DNA from: an uncultured Myxococcales bacterium
GTDB lineage: Bacteria > Myxococcota_A > Polyangia > Polyangiales > Ga0077539
DNA: 39,983 nucleotides
Direction: 5' to 3'
Assembly: GCA_966212315.1 (NCBI GenBank)
Contig: CBIHQZ010000001.1
Coordinates: forward strand, 1-39,983
A program made the translations under genes and the position numbers. Below the pieces are notes generated by a model. The model worked only from the letters and a program-made list of their open reading frames with translations. It was not told the origin of the DNA and did no database searches. Shown piece by piece: positions 9,214 through 18,237 of this stretch. How positions within the stretch are numbered: the stretch's first letter is position 1; every line of letters begins with the position of its first letter.

Positions 9214-11436
9214 TCATTCGAACGGAAGCCCGCCAGCATCGCGAATGGCCGCATCGATGTCGTCCATCGCCGCGAGCGTCGACTCGACCGCGCCGATGAT
9301 TCGCGCGTAGTGCGCGATGCCTTGCGCATCGAGGTTCGTTCCGACCCGATCCGCAAGCCACTTGTGAAGCGGACGGTAACCGCCGACTTCGAACTGCCAC
9401 GCGCGTTCCGTGACCGGTGAGAAGGCCGACGACACCGTGTGATCCGCAAACGACGGCGCGCTGACTGCGAACGGCGCGGCCGGTAGGACCAGGCCCTCGA
9501 TGCTCGGTGCCGCGGCCGGGTCGGTGTGAAGTGCGAAGAGCCGGCGGCCATGTCGCGCGAGCGACACGAAGAACGCGCGTGTGGGCGGGCATGCGATGCG
9601 CGGGAACTCACGGCGCAACGCCGCTGCGTAGCGCACGCGGTACGACGGCGCGTGAAGCAGCGCGTAGATGTACGCGACGAGATCGAACGGCGCCGGAGCC
9701 TCGCCGATGCGGGCTCGTACGGCAGCGACGAAGGCGGGCGCAAGGTTCGACACCCGCTCACCGCGCGCGTCACGCATCCAGAGGGGGAAGACCGATTCGC
9801 TCCCGTGGTTGTCACTGCGAATCGCGCCGTCGATCACCGGCTCGCGACTCGCGAACACGAATGGCGCCGTGCGCGAAGGCGGCGACTGACGACGCGCGAC
9901 GAGTGCGATCTGATCGGGGGCTCGATCGATCAACGCGGACATCACGCCGCGACGCGCGCGTTCGATCCACGGGTCGAGGTCGAGATACACGCGATGGTCG
10001 AACGGCCGGTAGAGACATGGCGTGATCGCGGCGAACGGGTCGCCGTTGGCGTGCGTGGCCTCGCGAGCGGCTTGCACGTCGAGGCGATCCCGCGCGCGAA
10101 GATAACGATCGCGAAATGCCACGTCGTCGAGTGTTCGGTCGCGCATCTCGCGCACGCGGATCGCAAGCGTGGCCGCATCGGGTGCTACGAGCAGCGAGTC
10201 ACGGCCCGTGACTACCGCGGGTGAGAATCGTTCGAAGATCGTGTCGAGCGCGAAGCCGCGCAGGTATTCAGTCGCGTGCGGATCGTCGTCGGGCGCGAAG
10301 TCGAAACGCGGTGACACCGGGTGCACCTCGCGCCATGTGACCTCGTCATTTGCGAGTCGCGCGAGCTTGTCGTCGCGCGAGCCCCACATCTCGGCGAACC
10401 ACACGCCACGTTTCTTCGCGCGCGCATCGCCACGCCAGAAGACCAGCACACAGACGCCTTGCTGGATCGCGAACACGTTCTCGTCTCGCGCCGTACCGAG
10501 TGGCGCTACTTCGAGCTTCTTCGTGTTGCCGTGCAGATCGACGACCCGCACGCCGTCGTGCGCGCGGGCGAGGCTGTGTCGCATCGCGCGAAAGGTCGGC
10601 TGATGCACGAACGCCTGCGTGCACACCAACGCAACGACGCCACGCGCGGCGCGTTCGAGTTGCCACTGCGCGACGCGGATGAACTTCACGCAGTCGTCCT
10701 GCAGCCACTTCGGATTGCGCTCCGCGAGTGGGATGCCGTCGACGTGGTAGTAGCTCTCCGTCGCTCCGCCGGGGCTCTTGCCGCGCAGAAGATCGGCAGC
10801 AAGCGTCGCGCTCGATGCAGATCGTCCCGAGAACGGAGGATTGCCGACAACGACGAGCGTCTCGTCCTCGCGACTCCACGACACCGCATCGCCGAGCGAG
10901 TCGGTCGTGTGCACGCTGACGGGATCGTTCGCGAAGCGCGCTCGCAACACCGCGCATGTCCCATCGTCGATTTCGTGCGCGACGAACCGGCTGTCCTCGA
11001 CAGGGAACAGACGAAGCGCCGCGTCGACGAAGATCCCCGCGCCGGCCGCGGGATCGATCACACAACGCGCGCCGGCCCACCTTTCTTCGCGGGTCACGCG
11101 CTGCGCTTCGCGCGCGACGAAGGCCGCGAGGGGCGCCGGCGTGAAGTACGCGCCGCGCCGGGTTCGCGCCGCACCATCGAGCGCCGCGAGCAACATCTCG
11201 TGCGCGCGATCCACTGCATCGAGGGATCCATCGCGAGGCACCGCGCGCACCGCGCCGGCGAGAATGTCCGCGTCCTGCGCGAGATCGTCTTGCGCGCGCG
11301 CGATCGCGAGGGTCGCCTCGCCTCCGTGCTGCCACGCTGCCAGCCATGCGACCGCCGCGCGGGAGTCGGCGCCTCCGCGCGCTCGCACCCACCCGGCGAG
11401 CGCATCGATCGCCGTTCGCCGCGCGCGCTCGGACAT
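9214..11436 (-). CDS. N6-adenine DNA methyltransferase with type-ISP-like C-terminal specificity domain (YeeA/PglX-like); no helicase or nuclease domain
   Basis: 740 aa. Motifs seen are GAYFTPAPLAAFV, motif I VIDPAAGAGIF and motif IV VVVGNPPFSG. The C-terminal WQFEVGGYRPLHKWLADRVG...L motif is typical of type ISP/IIG-family target-recognition modules (recalled). Confidence 0.8.
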   Translation of the reverse strand: MSERARRTAIDALAGWVRARGGADSRAAVAWLAAWQHGGEATLAIARAQDDLAQDADILAGAVRAVPRDGSLDAVDRAHEMLLAALDGAARTRRGAYFTPAPLAAFVAREAQRVTREERWAGARCVIDPAAGAGIFVDAALRLFPVEDSRFVAHEIDDGTCAVLRARFANDPVSVHTTDSLGDAVSWSREDETLVVVGNPPFSGRSASSATLAADLLRGKSPGGATESYYHVDGIPLAERNPKWLQDDCVKFIRVAQWQLERAARGVVALVCTQAFVHQPTFRAMRHSLARAHDGVRVVDLHGNTKKLEVAPLGTARDENVFAIQQGVCVLVFWRGDARAKKRGVWFAEMWGSRDDKLARLANDEVTWREVHPVSPRFDFAPDDDPHATEYLRGFALDTIFERFSPAVVTGRDSLLVAPDAATLAIRVREMRDRTLDDVAFRDRYLRARDRLDVQAAREATHANGDPFAAITPCLYRPFDHRVYLDLDPWIERARRGVMSALIDRAPDQIALVARRQSPPSRTAPFVFASREPVIDGAIRSDNHGSESVFPLWMRDARGERVSNLAPAFVAAVRARIGEAPAPFDLVAYIYALLHAPSYRVRYAAALRREFPRIACPPTRAFFVSLARHGRRLFALHTDPAAAPSIEGLVLPAAPFAVSAPSFADHTVSSAFSPVTERAWQFEVGGYRPLHKWLADRVGTNLDAQGIAHYARIIGAVESTLAAMDDIDAAIRDAGGLPFE

Positions 11437-11438
11437 CG

Positions 11439-12728
11439 CTATGCGGGCTTCTTCTTCTTCTCGGCACGCACGAGCGAGATCTCCGCGCGCGAGGGATTGA
11501 GCCGCACGAGTCCGTGATCGCCGTCGACGAGCGCGAGATCACCATCGGCGACCCAGCGAAAGAGACCACCCACGTCGACCACCGACGGGACGCCCATCAA
11601 CGCGAGATGCGTGCGCGACATCGGTCCGTTCGCGCGCTCCGACAGCACCACCGCCGCGGGATGCGCGCGCGTCGACACCAGCACGTCGAACAGCGTCACC
11701 TCGCTGCCGACCAGTACCGAACCGCGCTGCACTTCCGCACGCCGATCGCCGGCACTGATCATCGCGAGTGCCTCGCAGACATCGGCGATCTCGCGGGCAC
11801 GGTCGATGGCGAACGATTCCTGGTGCTGCACGGCGGTACGAGCGACCTCGCCGCCGATCTGCACCAACGCGTATTCGAGTCCCTCGGTCTCCGCACGTTC
11901 GAGCACCCGCTCGCGAAGCCGGCCGTCGTCGAGCACGGTGCGCACCGTCTCGAACAGCGAAGCCTCGGGACCGTTCGGGGTTACGCGCGCCATCAGTCCG
12001 TCGATCGTCTTTCGCACCTCGCGCACCGCGTGATCGAAGCTCTTGGTCATCTCCTCGAGCGCGCGCGGCGGCTCGGGACTCGGACGCGATGCGGGGCGAG
12101 GAAACGCGCACACGGTTCCGACAGCGCGCCCCGACACCGCGGGTCGGCCCGAGAGAGTCACGCGTCGCGTAGCGCCGCCCGGCGTGATCTTGCGCTGACC
12201 GCGCAGTGCCTCGGAGAGACGCGCACGCTCAGCGGCTGCAGCGATCGGCACGGTGAGCGCGCCTGCGAGTTCGACATCGGCCTGATCGAACGCCGCGCCG
12301 TTGCGTCGCTGAAGCACCAACGCACCGAGCGCACCCGACGGACCCGGGACCGGGACCGCGAGAAAGATCGGAAAGCGCGCTTCGTCGAGTTCGGGGAAGT
12401 TCTTGAACGCGTCGCTCTCGGGCGCGGCATCGAGCGACATCGGCCGCATCGATTCCACCGCCATGCCGGTGATCCCCTCGCCCACTGCGAGACGAACTTC
12501 ACCGAGCGCTTTCATCGGAAAGCCGACGTTGCCGCGCATGACCAGGTCGTCGCCCTCGAGCAGATAGATCGAGCAGATCTCCGCATCGAAGATCTGCGCG
12601 ATGCGTCGCGGCAACTCGTCGAGCGACGTGGTGAGCGGACAAGGGCGCGCCGCGAAGGCCACCAGCTCCAACACCGCATCGAGACGCGATGCATGTCCCC
12701 GCGCGTGGATTCTCGGTATCAGCGCCAT
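11439..12728 (-). CDS. GAF-domain protein with PTS enzyme-I N-terminal and swivel domains (truncated PtsP-like, lacking the PEP-binding barrel)
   Basis: The N-terminal GAF-like region is IAQIFDAEICSIYLLEGDDLVMRGNVGF...GEGITG. An EI-N-like helical region follows, then a PEP-utiliser mobile-domain-like end (VLVGSEVTLFDVL...GPMSRTHLALMGVPSVV...LVDGDHGLVRLNP). The protein stops where EI/PtsP would begin its PEP-binding domain. The ORF is open to 12764. ATG 12728 avoids overlap with the thrB stop (12733). Confidence 0.7.
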   Translation of the reverse strand: MALIPRIHARGHASRLDAVLELVAFAARPCPLTTSLDELPRRIAQIFDAEICSIYLLEGDDLVMRGNVGFPMKALGEVRLAVGEGITGMAVESMRPMSLDAAPESDAFKNFPELDEARFPIFLAVPVPGPSGALGALVLQRRNGAAFDQADVELAGALTVPIAAAAERARLSEALRGQRKITPGGATRRVTLSGRPAVSGRAVGTVCAFPRPASRPSPEPPRALEEMTKSFDHAVREVRKTIDGLMARVTPNGPEASLFETVRTVLDDGRLRERVLERAETEGLEYALVQIGGEVARTAVQHQESFAIDRAREIADVCEALAMISAGDRRAEVQRGSVLVGSEVTLFDVLVSTRAHPAAVVLSERANGPMSRTHLALMGVPSVVDVGGLFRWVADGDLALVDGDHGLVRLNPSRAEISLVRAEKKKKPA

Positions 12729-12732
12729 CGCG

Positions 12733-13638
12733 TCAGCTCCGTTCCCAACGCGCGCCATCGACATCGATCGCGCATGTCATCGCCCGCCCCGACACGTTTC
12801 GTTCGGAAGCTGCTCGCTTCATTGCCTCGGCGACCGCCGCAGCCCCGTCGTCACTCGCGAACGCGGCGAGCGTGCTTCCCGCACCCGAGAGCCAGGCGCC
12901 GAACGCACCGGCCGCGCGAGCCGCGGCGAAGAGTTCGGGCATCGCGGGGAACAACTGCGTTCGCGCCGGCTGATGCAACATGTCGCGCGTCGCTTCGTCG
13001 AGCACGCGCGTATCGCCCGCGGCGAGGGCCGCCACCAGCAATGCAGTGCGCGAGATGTTGTAGACCGCGTCCGCGCGCGAATACGAGGCGGGGAGCACCG
13101 CGCGCGCGTCACTCGTCTTCAACTCGAAGTCGGGGATGAACAACGCGAGCATCGGAAGTTTCGCGGCCGGCACCGTGACGCGCAGCACGCCCGATGGCGC
13201 GAGGACGCTCGACTGCAGTCCGCCGAAGACGGCAGGCGCGGCGTTGTCGGGATGGCCTTCGATGGCGGTGGTCAACGCGAGTACGCGCTCTTTGCCGAGC
13301 GCGCCGTCGGACACGGCATCCGCGACCATGAAGCCCGCGACGATCGCGGCCGCGCTCGATCCCAGCCCGCGCGCGGTCGGCACGCCGTGACGGCAACGCC
13401 ATGCGAGCGTCGGCGCATCCACGCCCGCTTCGCGACAACCGCGTTCGAACGCCGTGATCATCACGTTCGATGCATCGCGCGGGAGCGACGCTGCGCCCTC
13501 GCCTTCGATCTCGATCGAAAACGCGTTGGCAGGGCGGACTTCGATCTCGTTGTAGAGCTGCACCGCGAGGCCGAGGGCATCGAAGCCGGGGCCGAGATTC
13601 GAGGTCGTCGCGGGGACGCGCACCGTGATCCGCTGCAT
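12733..13638 (-). CDS. thrB: homoserine kinase
   Basis: ATG at 13638 (MQRITVRVPATTSNLGPGFDALG). The GHMP kinase motif is PTARGLGSSAAAIVAG, and EGHPDNAAPAVFGG is also present. About 301 aa. Confidence 0.85.
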   Translation of the reverse strand: MQRITVRVPATTSNLGPGFDALGLAVQLYNEIEVRPANAFSIEIEGEGAASLPRDASNVMITAFERGCREAGVDAPTLAWRCRHGVPTARGLGSSAAAIVAGFMVADAVSDGALGKERVLALTTAIEGHPDNAAPAVFGGLQSSVLAPSGVLRVTVPAAKLPMLALFIPDFELKTSDARAVLPASYSRADAVYNISRTALLVAALAAGDTRVLDEATRDMLHQPARTQLFPAMPELFAAARAAGAFGAWLSGAGSTLAAFASDDGAAAVAEAMKRAASERNVSGRAMTCAIDVDGARWERS

Positions 13639-13702
13639 GGCTCGCGATTGTAGAGTCAACGCGCGCGATGCGTGAGCGAAGAGCGCAGCACACGCGATGC
13701 AG

Positions 13703-14515
13703 TCATGCGCGACGGCGACGAACGATGCCCATGCCTTGGGCCGCGAGGATCGATCCGAGCCCGGCGATGAAGAGTGCGACGAGACGCGGCGCGAAGCCCG
13801 GTTGTGCGAACCATGCGGCGCTGAACGCGATCCATCCGAGCCCCGCGGTGGCGAGCAACGTTCCGCGCGCGATCGGTGCGCGTTCCGGTTTGCCGCGGAA
13901 GAACAGCGCCAGAAGCAGCGCGTAGAGCACACACACCGCGAGTGCGATCGCGAAACCGACCCGCGCGATCACATCGACCGCGTGACGCAGCGGCGTCTGC
14001 CAACTGGAAGTCCCGCGCACGGACGCCAGCACTTCCTCGAGGGCACGGTGTGCATCTGCATCGTGGGACGCCGGCGCCACCGCGAGGATCGCCACAGCGC
14101 GACCCTCGGTGGGCACGAAAGCGAGCCAGCGAATCACCGGCTGCGCTTCGGCGGTGGTGACACCGTGTGCGCCGTCGACATCGAACCCGAGCGCATGCCA
14201 TCGCGCCGCGTTGTCAAGAAACACGAACGGGTCGCTCTCGTGCGCGGTTCGCAGCGCGACGGGATCGGGCACACCACGCGGGATCTCGCCGGGCAGCCGT
14301 ACGAAGACGAGCAGCACTTCGTCGGCCGGTCGCCGGTACATCGCGAACACGTTGGTTCCGCGGGTCACACGCACGGCCTCGAACCCGTCGGGGATCACAG
14401 CCGCGAACCGCGGGGTGCCGTTGGTGTGAATCGGCATCGGCGCTGCGTAGAGCGACGTGCGCGGCACGACGAACACGAGCGCGAGCCACAGGAGCGCATG
14501 AACGATCGAACGCAT
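13703..14515 (-). CDS. hypothetical membrane protein (signal peptide plus C-terminal TM helices)
   Basis: MRSIVHALLWLALVFVVPRTSLYA looks like a signal peptide. Several hydrophobic helices lie at the C-terminus (VGFAIALAVCVLYALLLALFF, LLATAGLGWIAFSAAWF, LVALFIAGLGSILAA). The ORF is also open to ATG 14539. Confidence 0.6.
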   Translation of the reverse strand: MRSIVHALLWLALVFVVPRTSLYAAPMPIHTNGTPRFAAVIPDGFEAVRVTRGTNVFAMYRRPADEVLLVFVRLPGEIPRGVPDPVALRTAHESDPFVFLDNAARWHALGFDVDGAHGVTTAEAQPVIRWLAFVPTEGRAVAILAVAPASHDADAHRALEEVLASVRGTSSWQTPLRHAVDVIARVGFAIALAVCVLYALLLALFFRGKPERAPIARGTLLATAGLGWIAFSAAWFAQPGFAPRLVALFIAGLGSILAAQGMGIVRRRRA

Positions 14516-14547
14516 CTCCGCGGAGAGATGCTGTACCATGCCGCTCC

Positions 14548-15168
14548 GTGGACGCCTCCGACGATCCGCTCCATTCGGCGCGAGAGAAACTCGAGGACAC
14601 CCTCGCCACGCTTCAGGGCGCAGCGAACGATCCCGCGATGATGCTCGCCGCGCGCAACGCGGTGGTCTCGCTCGGCGGCATGGTGCGTTTCGGCGCTCCT
14701 GCGGGGGACATCGCGGACGCGGTCGCGCGCACGGTCGAAGCGGTGCGACGGCATCTCGAGCGCGATCCCGGCGAGACGCTGATGTTCCCGCTGCTCGACT
14801 CGCGCGCAGTCGATCTCTCGCGCGTCATCGCGCGGCACGGCGATCTCGATCGCCTCGACGAGGACGACAAGCAGAGCTGGATCGAAGCGGCGTACGAGAT
14901 CTTCGAAGCGCGCGACGCCGCGGATGCCTGGCTGCTCGGCACGGCGGCGTTGTTGCGAGCCCTCGAACCGGGCGCGGAACGCACGCATCTCGAGCGAGCA
15001 CGCGAGCGTGCGGTCGCCGCGATCGCGCGATTCGATCGGGCACTCGAGCCGGCGCTCGGCGGTCTGTCACCGCTGCGCGACGATGCGAAGAAAGCCGTGA
15101 TGCGCGCGAAGGCCGACAAGGGCTACATGCGTCGTGCGCACTACTGGGTGAAGATCATCGAAGGCTGA
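14548..15168 (+). CDS. hypothetical protein (acidic, helical)
   Basis: The in-frame GTG at 14548 is the first start that does not overlap the divergent gene; the alternative is ATG 14638. Composition is protein-like, unlike the overlapping Arg-rich frames. No motif recognised. Confidence 0.5.
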   Translation: MDASDDPLHSAREKLEDTLATLQGAANDPAMMLAARNAVVSLGGMVRFGAPAGDIADAVARTVEAVRRHLERDPGETLMFPLLDSRAVDLSRVIARHGDLDRLDEDDKQSWIEAAYEIFEARDAADAWLLGTAALLRALEPGAERTHLERARERAVAAIARFDRALEPALGGLSPLRDDAKKAVMRAKADKGYMRRAHYWVKIIEG

Positions 15169-15175
15169 GAGCGCG

Positions 15176-15192
15176 CGTCGCAGCTCGCGACG
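15176..15192. terminator. short hairpin between convergent genes (possible bidirectional terminator)
   Basis: cgtcgc-agctc-gcgacg forms a 6-bp stem with a 5-nt loop in the 27-bp gap between the stops at 15168 and 15196. There is no clear U-tract. Confidence 0.25.
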
Positions 15193-15195
15193 ATC

Positions 15196-16155
15196 TTACA
15201 GACGCGACACTTCGATCATGCTGACCGCGGCGAGCGGACCGATGGGCGGCTTGCCGTGCGCGAGCATGAGCGACACCGTCCCGCGCGAACGCGTGCTCTC
15301 GAACTGGAACGTGATCTCGCCCGGCTGGAGCACCGGCTGCGCGTTCAACCGATCGGACACCGCATCGATCGCGAGAATCAGCGGGACCGCATCGCGCACA
15401 TCGAGGGACATCGCCATCACGGTCTCGCCCTCGAGGGTGAGCATCGCCATCGCGAGGCGCGGGTCGGCGGGACGGATCGCGATGCGTTCGCCGCCTTCGT
15501 TGGTGGGGTTGCCACCGAAGAGTTCCAGCGCGTGCTGCAGCGTGAAATCAGGGCGAAGGGCGCGCCATGCGAGCGTGCCCACCCACGAGCCGGTGTCCAT
15601 CGCCTCGTCGAGATCGACGGTGGCCGGATCGAACGGCGGCAGACTCTGGCGCGGCGCGGGCGGCGGCGCTTCTTCTTCGTGGAGCGAGCGGATCAGGCAG
15701 ATCTCGTCGACGCGCACTTCGTCGGTACCGCCCGGGGATCCCATGTCGGGCGGATCGCCTTCGTCTTCCCACCAGCGCATGATCACCGCGCCACGAAGCG
15801 AGTGCTCCTGCGGGAACTCGAGCTGCCAGCTGTTCTCGCCCTCGTCGCCGCTCGGGCCCTGCGATTTCTGACCGGGACCGAAGTACTGCTCGAGCGTTGC
15901 ACGCGAGTACATCCGGCCACCGCGCAGCACGAGCACCACCGCTTCGACGATCGGTCCGTCGTTCTCGGGACCGCCGTCGACCGAGTACACGTCCGCGCGC
16001 GCCAGGGAGCGCGCATCGGGACGAAGATACGTGACCGTTCGGTCACCCATCTGTTCCGTCGAGACCGCCGAGCCGAGCATGACCGTGGCAGTTCCCTGAT
16101 CGAACGTCGGTTCGAAGAACTCGTCACAGAGAGCGGCGATCTCGTCCTCGCGCAT
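15196..16155 (-). CDS. hypothetical protein (two-lobed, acidic/Pro-rich linker)
   Basis: ATG 16155 (MREDEIAALCDEFF...) lies 10 nt after the stop of the upstream gene. GTG 16176 would overlap that gene by 11 nt. No motif recognised. Confidence 0.6.
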   Translation of the reverse strand: MREDEIAALCDEFFEPTFDQGTATVMLGSAVSTEQMGDRTVTYLRPDARSLARADVYSVDGGPENDGPIVEAVVLVLRGGRMYSRATLEQYFGPGQKSQGPSGDEGENSWQLEFPQEHSLRGAVIMRWWEDEGDPPDMGSPGGTDEVRVDEICLIRSLHEEEAPPPAPRQSLPPFDPATVDLDEAMDTGSWVGTLAWRALRPDFTLQHALELFGGNPTNEGGERIAIRPADPRLAMAMLTLEGETVMAMSLDVRDAVPLILAIDAVSDRLNAQPVLQPGEITFQFESTRSRGTVSLMLAHGKPPIGPLAAVSMIEVSRL

Positions 16156-16165
16156 GACCGGCGCG

Positions 16166-18163
16166 CTAACGCTCACTCACGGATTCCGAGGCGTCAACGG
16201 CAATCTCGTCGCGCGCGGGGGCACGGCGATCTGGATCGATGCTGCGCGCCGCCGGAAGCGTCGCGAACGACGCCATCACTTCCCACGCCGCGCGTCCTGC
16301 ATCCAGCGATGGGTCCGCGGGAGACATGGCTTCGAGCGTGATGATCAATGCCGCGAGCGCATGGGCGAGCGATTCGGGTTGTTCGTTCAGCGAGTCGGCC
16401 GGGATCGTCGAGAGAATCTCTGCCGCACGATCGGTATCTCCGCGTTGCGCCGCCGCGAGTGCACGCGCCGCGAGCGACGGCAGGTCGAGGGACGCGAGCG
16501 ACACCCGGCGCCGCGCGGAATCCGCACTCGCGATCTCGTGCACCCACTGCACGAAGAGAGCCGTCTCGAGCGCGATCATTCGCGCCGCACGCAACCGGCT
16601 CAGCGCATTCTGCGCGTCACGCTTCGCGAGACCCGACAAGCCCGCCGATGACTCGGCGAGCGCTCGTGCTGCGAGGATCGCCGCCTGGAGCGACGCATCG
16701 CGATCGAGGCGCTTGATCGCATGCACGCGGGCCGCGAGAGCGTGCACGAATGTCATCGCCGCGCTCGCTGCGGCATCGCGTTCGAGTTCCGTCACGCTCG
16801 GATCGTCGAGTGGAAAACTCGCCGCCGCCGCCAGCGCGAGAACCGCTGCGCATTCCGCGGGATCGATCGCGTCGTCGAGTGGATCGAGGTACGCCCGCGC
16901 GAGTGCGATCGCGCGCGAATCATCTCCCGCCGCAAAGTGCGCACGCACGGCGACCGCCAGCACGTTGCGCTCGATGACATCACCCGCCAGCACGGTGTCG
17001 ACGAGTGGCGCCATGTTCGCCCAATCGCCATCGGCGACCGCACGCGCCAGCCGCGCCAGATGTGCGCGCGTCTCGAGACCGGGCTCACCGAGCGTGCGCG
17101 CGTGCATTGCGAGATCCGCCAGGCGCGTAACAGCCACGGCCGGCAGATGCCCCACTGCTTCGATCTCGTGCGCCACCGCTTCGAGTGCTCGCGCCCGCGC
17201 GAACATCCGCGTCTCGTCCGACGCACGCTGCACCGATCCGAGCGCTTCGTCGGTGTGAACGCGGGCCGATTCGAGTGCGCGGGCGTGATCGTCGGGGGTC
17301 GCATCGGCACGGGATGCGATGATCGCGGTGATCCGCGACGCGGCTTCGAGCGCGCTGATCAACTGCGCGCCGCGCGGCGCTTCCGCTGCGAGCGCCACTC
17401 GTTCGGCCGCGATCCACGCGTGGGCCTGCTCGCACGCGCGTTCGACCGCGCCGACCGCGAGCGAGAGCGAAGGCAACGGCGCGAGCGCATCGGCATACGC
17501 CCCCGAGCGCTGCGCGTTGCGATCGGCCGCGCGCAGATCAGCGAGACGCACGCCCCAGCGCAGGGCGCTCTGCAGATCGTCGCCCGCGATCGCGCATTCG
17601 AACGCCTGCTCACAGAGCGTGTCGCGCGCCGCTGCGCGAACGCCGCCACGTGTCGGTAGATCGATCGTGTCTCGCTGGATTCGTTCGAACGCCGCGAGGG
17701 CTCGCGCCGGTTCGCCACACGCCGCCCACGCCGTCGCGATGGACATCCGCGCAAAGTGCCTTTGTATCGCGGTCGCCTTCGTCGCCTCCCGCACGCGCAA
17801 CAAGCGCTCGAGCGCCGCGCGCGATGCTTCCAGCCCCGCGCGGTTCGCTCCTTCGTGCGATCGCTCGATCACGCGCCGGTGCGACTCGACCGCGGCACCG
17901 AACGCACTCGCAGTGCGCACCGATTCGAACACGGTGGTGAGCGCGGCAGCTTCTGCCACGTCGATGGCGAACAGCCGGTCCGGACGCTCGGTGAGATCGC
18001 GCAGTCGCTCGAACGCCTCGCCGATCGCGTTCGCATCGGGCGCTTCGCTTGCGAGCTGCCTGGCGATCTCGCGACGCACCGCGCGCGCAGCATCGCGGCT
18101 CGAGGTGTCACTCCGTTGCGCTGCGACGTCTGTCGTCGTCTTGCCTTGCGAGCGGCTCACCAT
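16166..18163 (-). CDS. hypothetical Ala-rich all-helical (TPR/HEAT-like) protein
   Basis: The ORF is open to 18382, but that extension is Arg/Cys-rich and would overrun the divergent promoter region. ATG 18163 (MVSRSQGKTTTDV...) is preferred. The body is long runs of helical Ala/Leu/Arg/Glu repeats. Confidence 0.6.
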   Translation of the reverse strand: MVSRSQGKTTTDVAAQRSDTSSRDAARAVRREIARQLASEAPDANAIGEAFERLRDLTERPDRLFAIDVAEAAALTTVFESVRTASAFGAAVESHRRVIERSHEGANRAGLEASRAALERLLRVREATKATAIQRHFARMSIATAWAACGEPARALAAFERIQRDTIDLPTRGGVRAAARDTLCEQAFECAIAGDDLQSALRWGVRLADLRAADRNAQRSGAYADALAPLPSLSLAVGAVERACEQAHAWIAAERVALAAEAPRGAQLISALEAASRITAIIASRADATPDDHARALESARVHTDEALGSVQRASDETRMFARARALEAVAHEIEAVGHLPAVAVTRLADLAMHARTLGEPGLETRAHLARLARAVADGDWANMAPLVDTVLAGDVIERNVLAVAVRAHFAAGDDSRAIALARAYLDPLDDAIDPAECAAVLALAAAASFPLDDPSVTELERDAAASAAMTFVHALAARVHAIKRLDRDASLQAAILAARALAESSAGLSGLAKRDAQNALSRLRAARMIALETALFVQWVHEIASADSARRRVSLASLDLPSLAARALAAAQRGDTDRAAEILSTIPADSLNEQPESLAHALAALIITLEAMSPADPSLDAGRAAWEVMASFATLPAARSIDPDRRAPARDEIAVDASESVSER

Positions 18164-18237
18164 GTGCGTCTCGGCGTGCGTGTCTAACACGTCTCGTCCT
18201 TGAGCTGCGAAGCGCCCTGACCGATCCTCCCGCCCCC

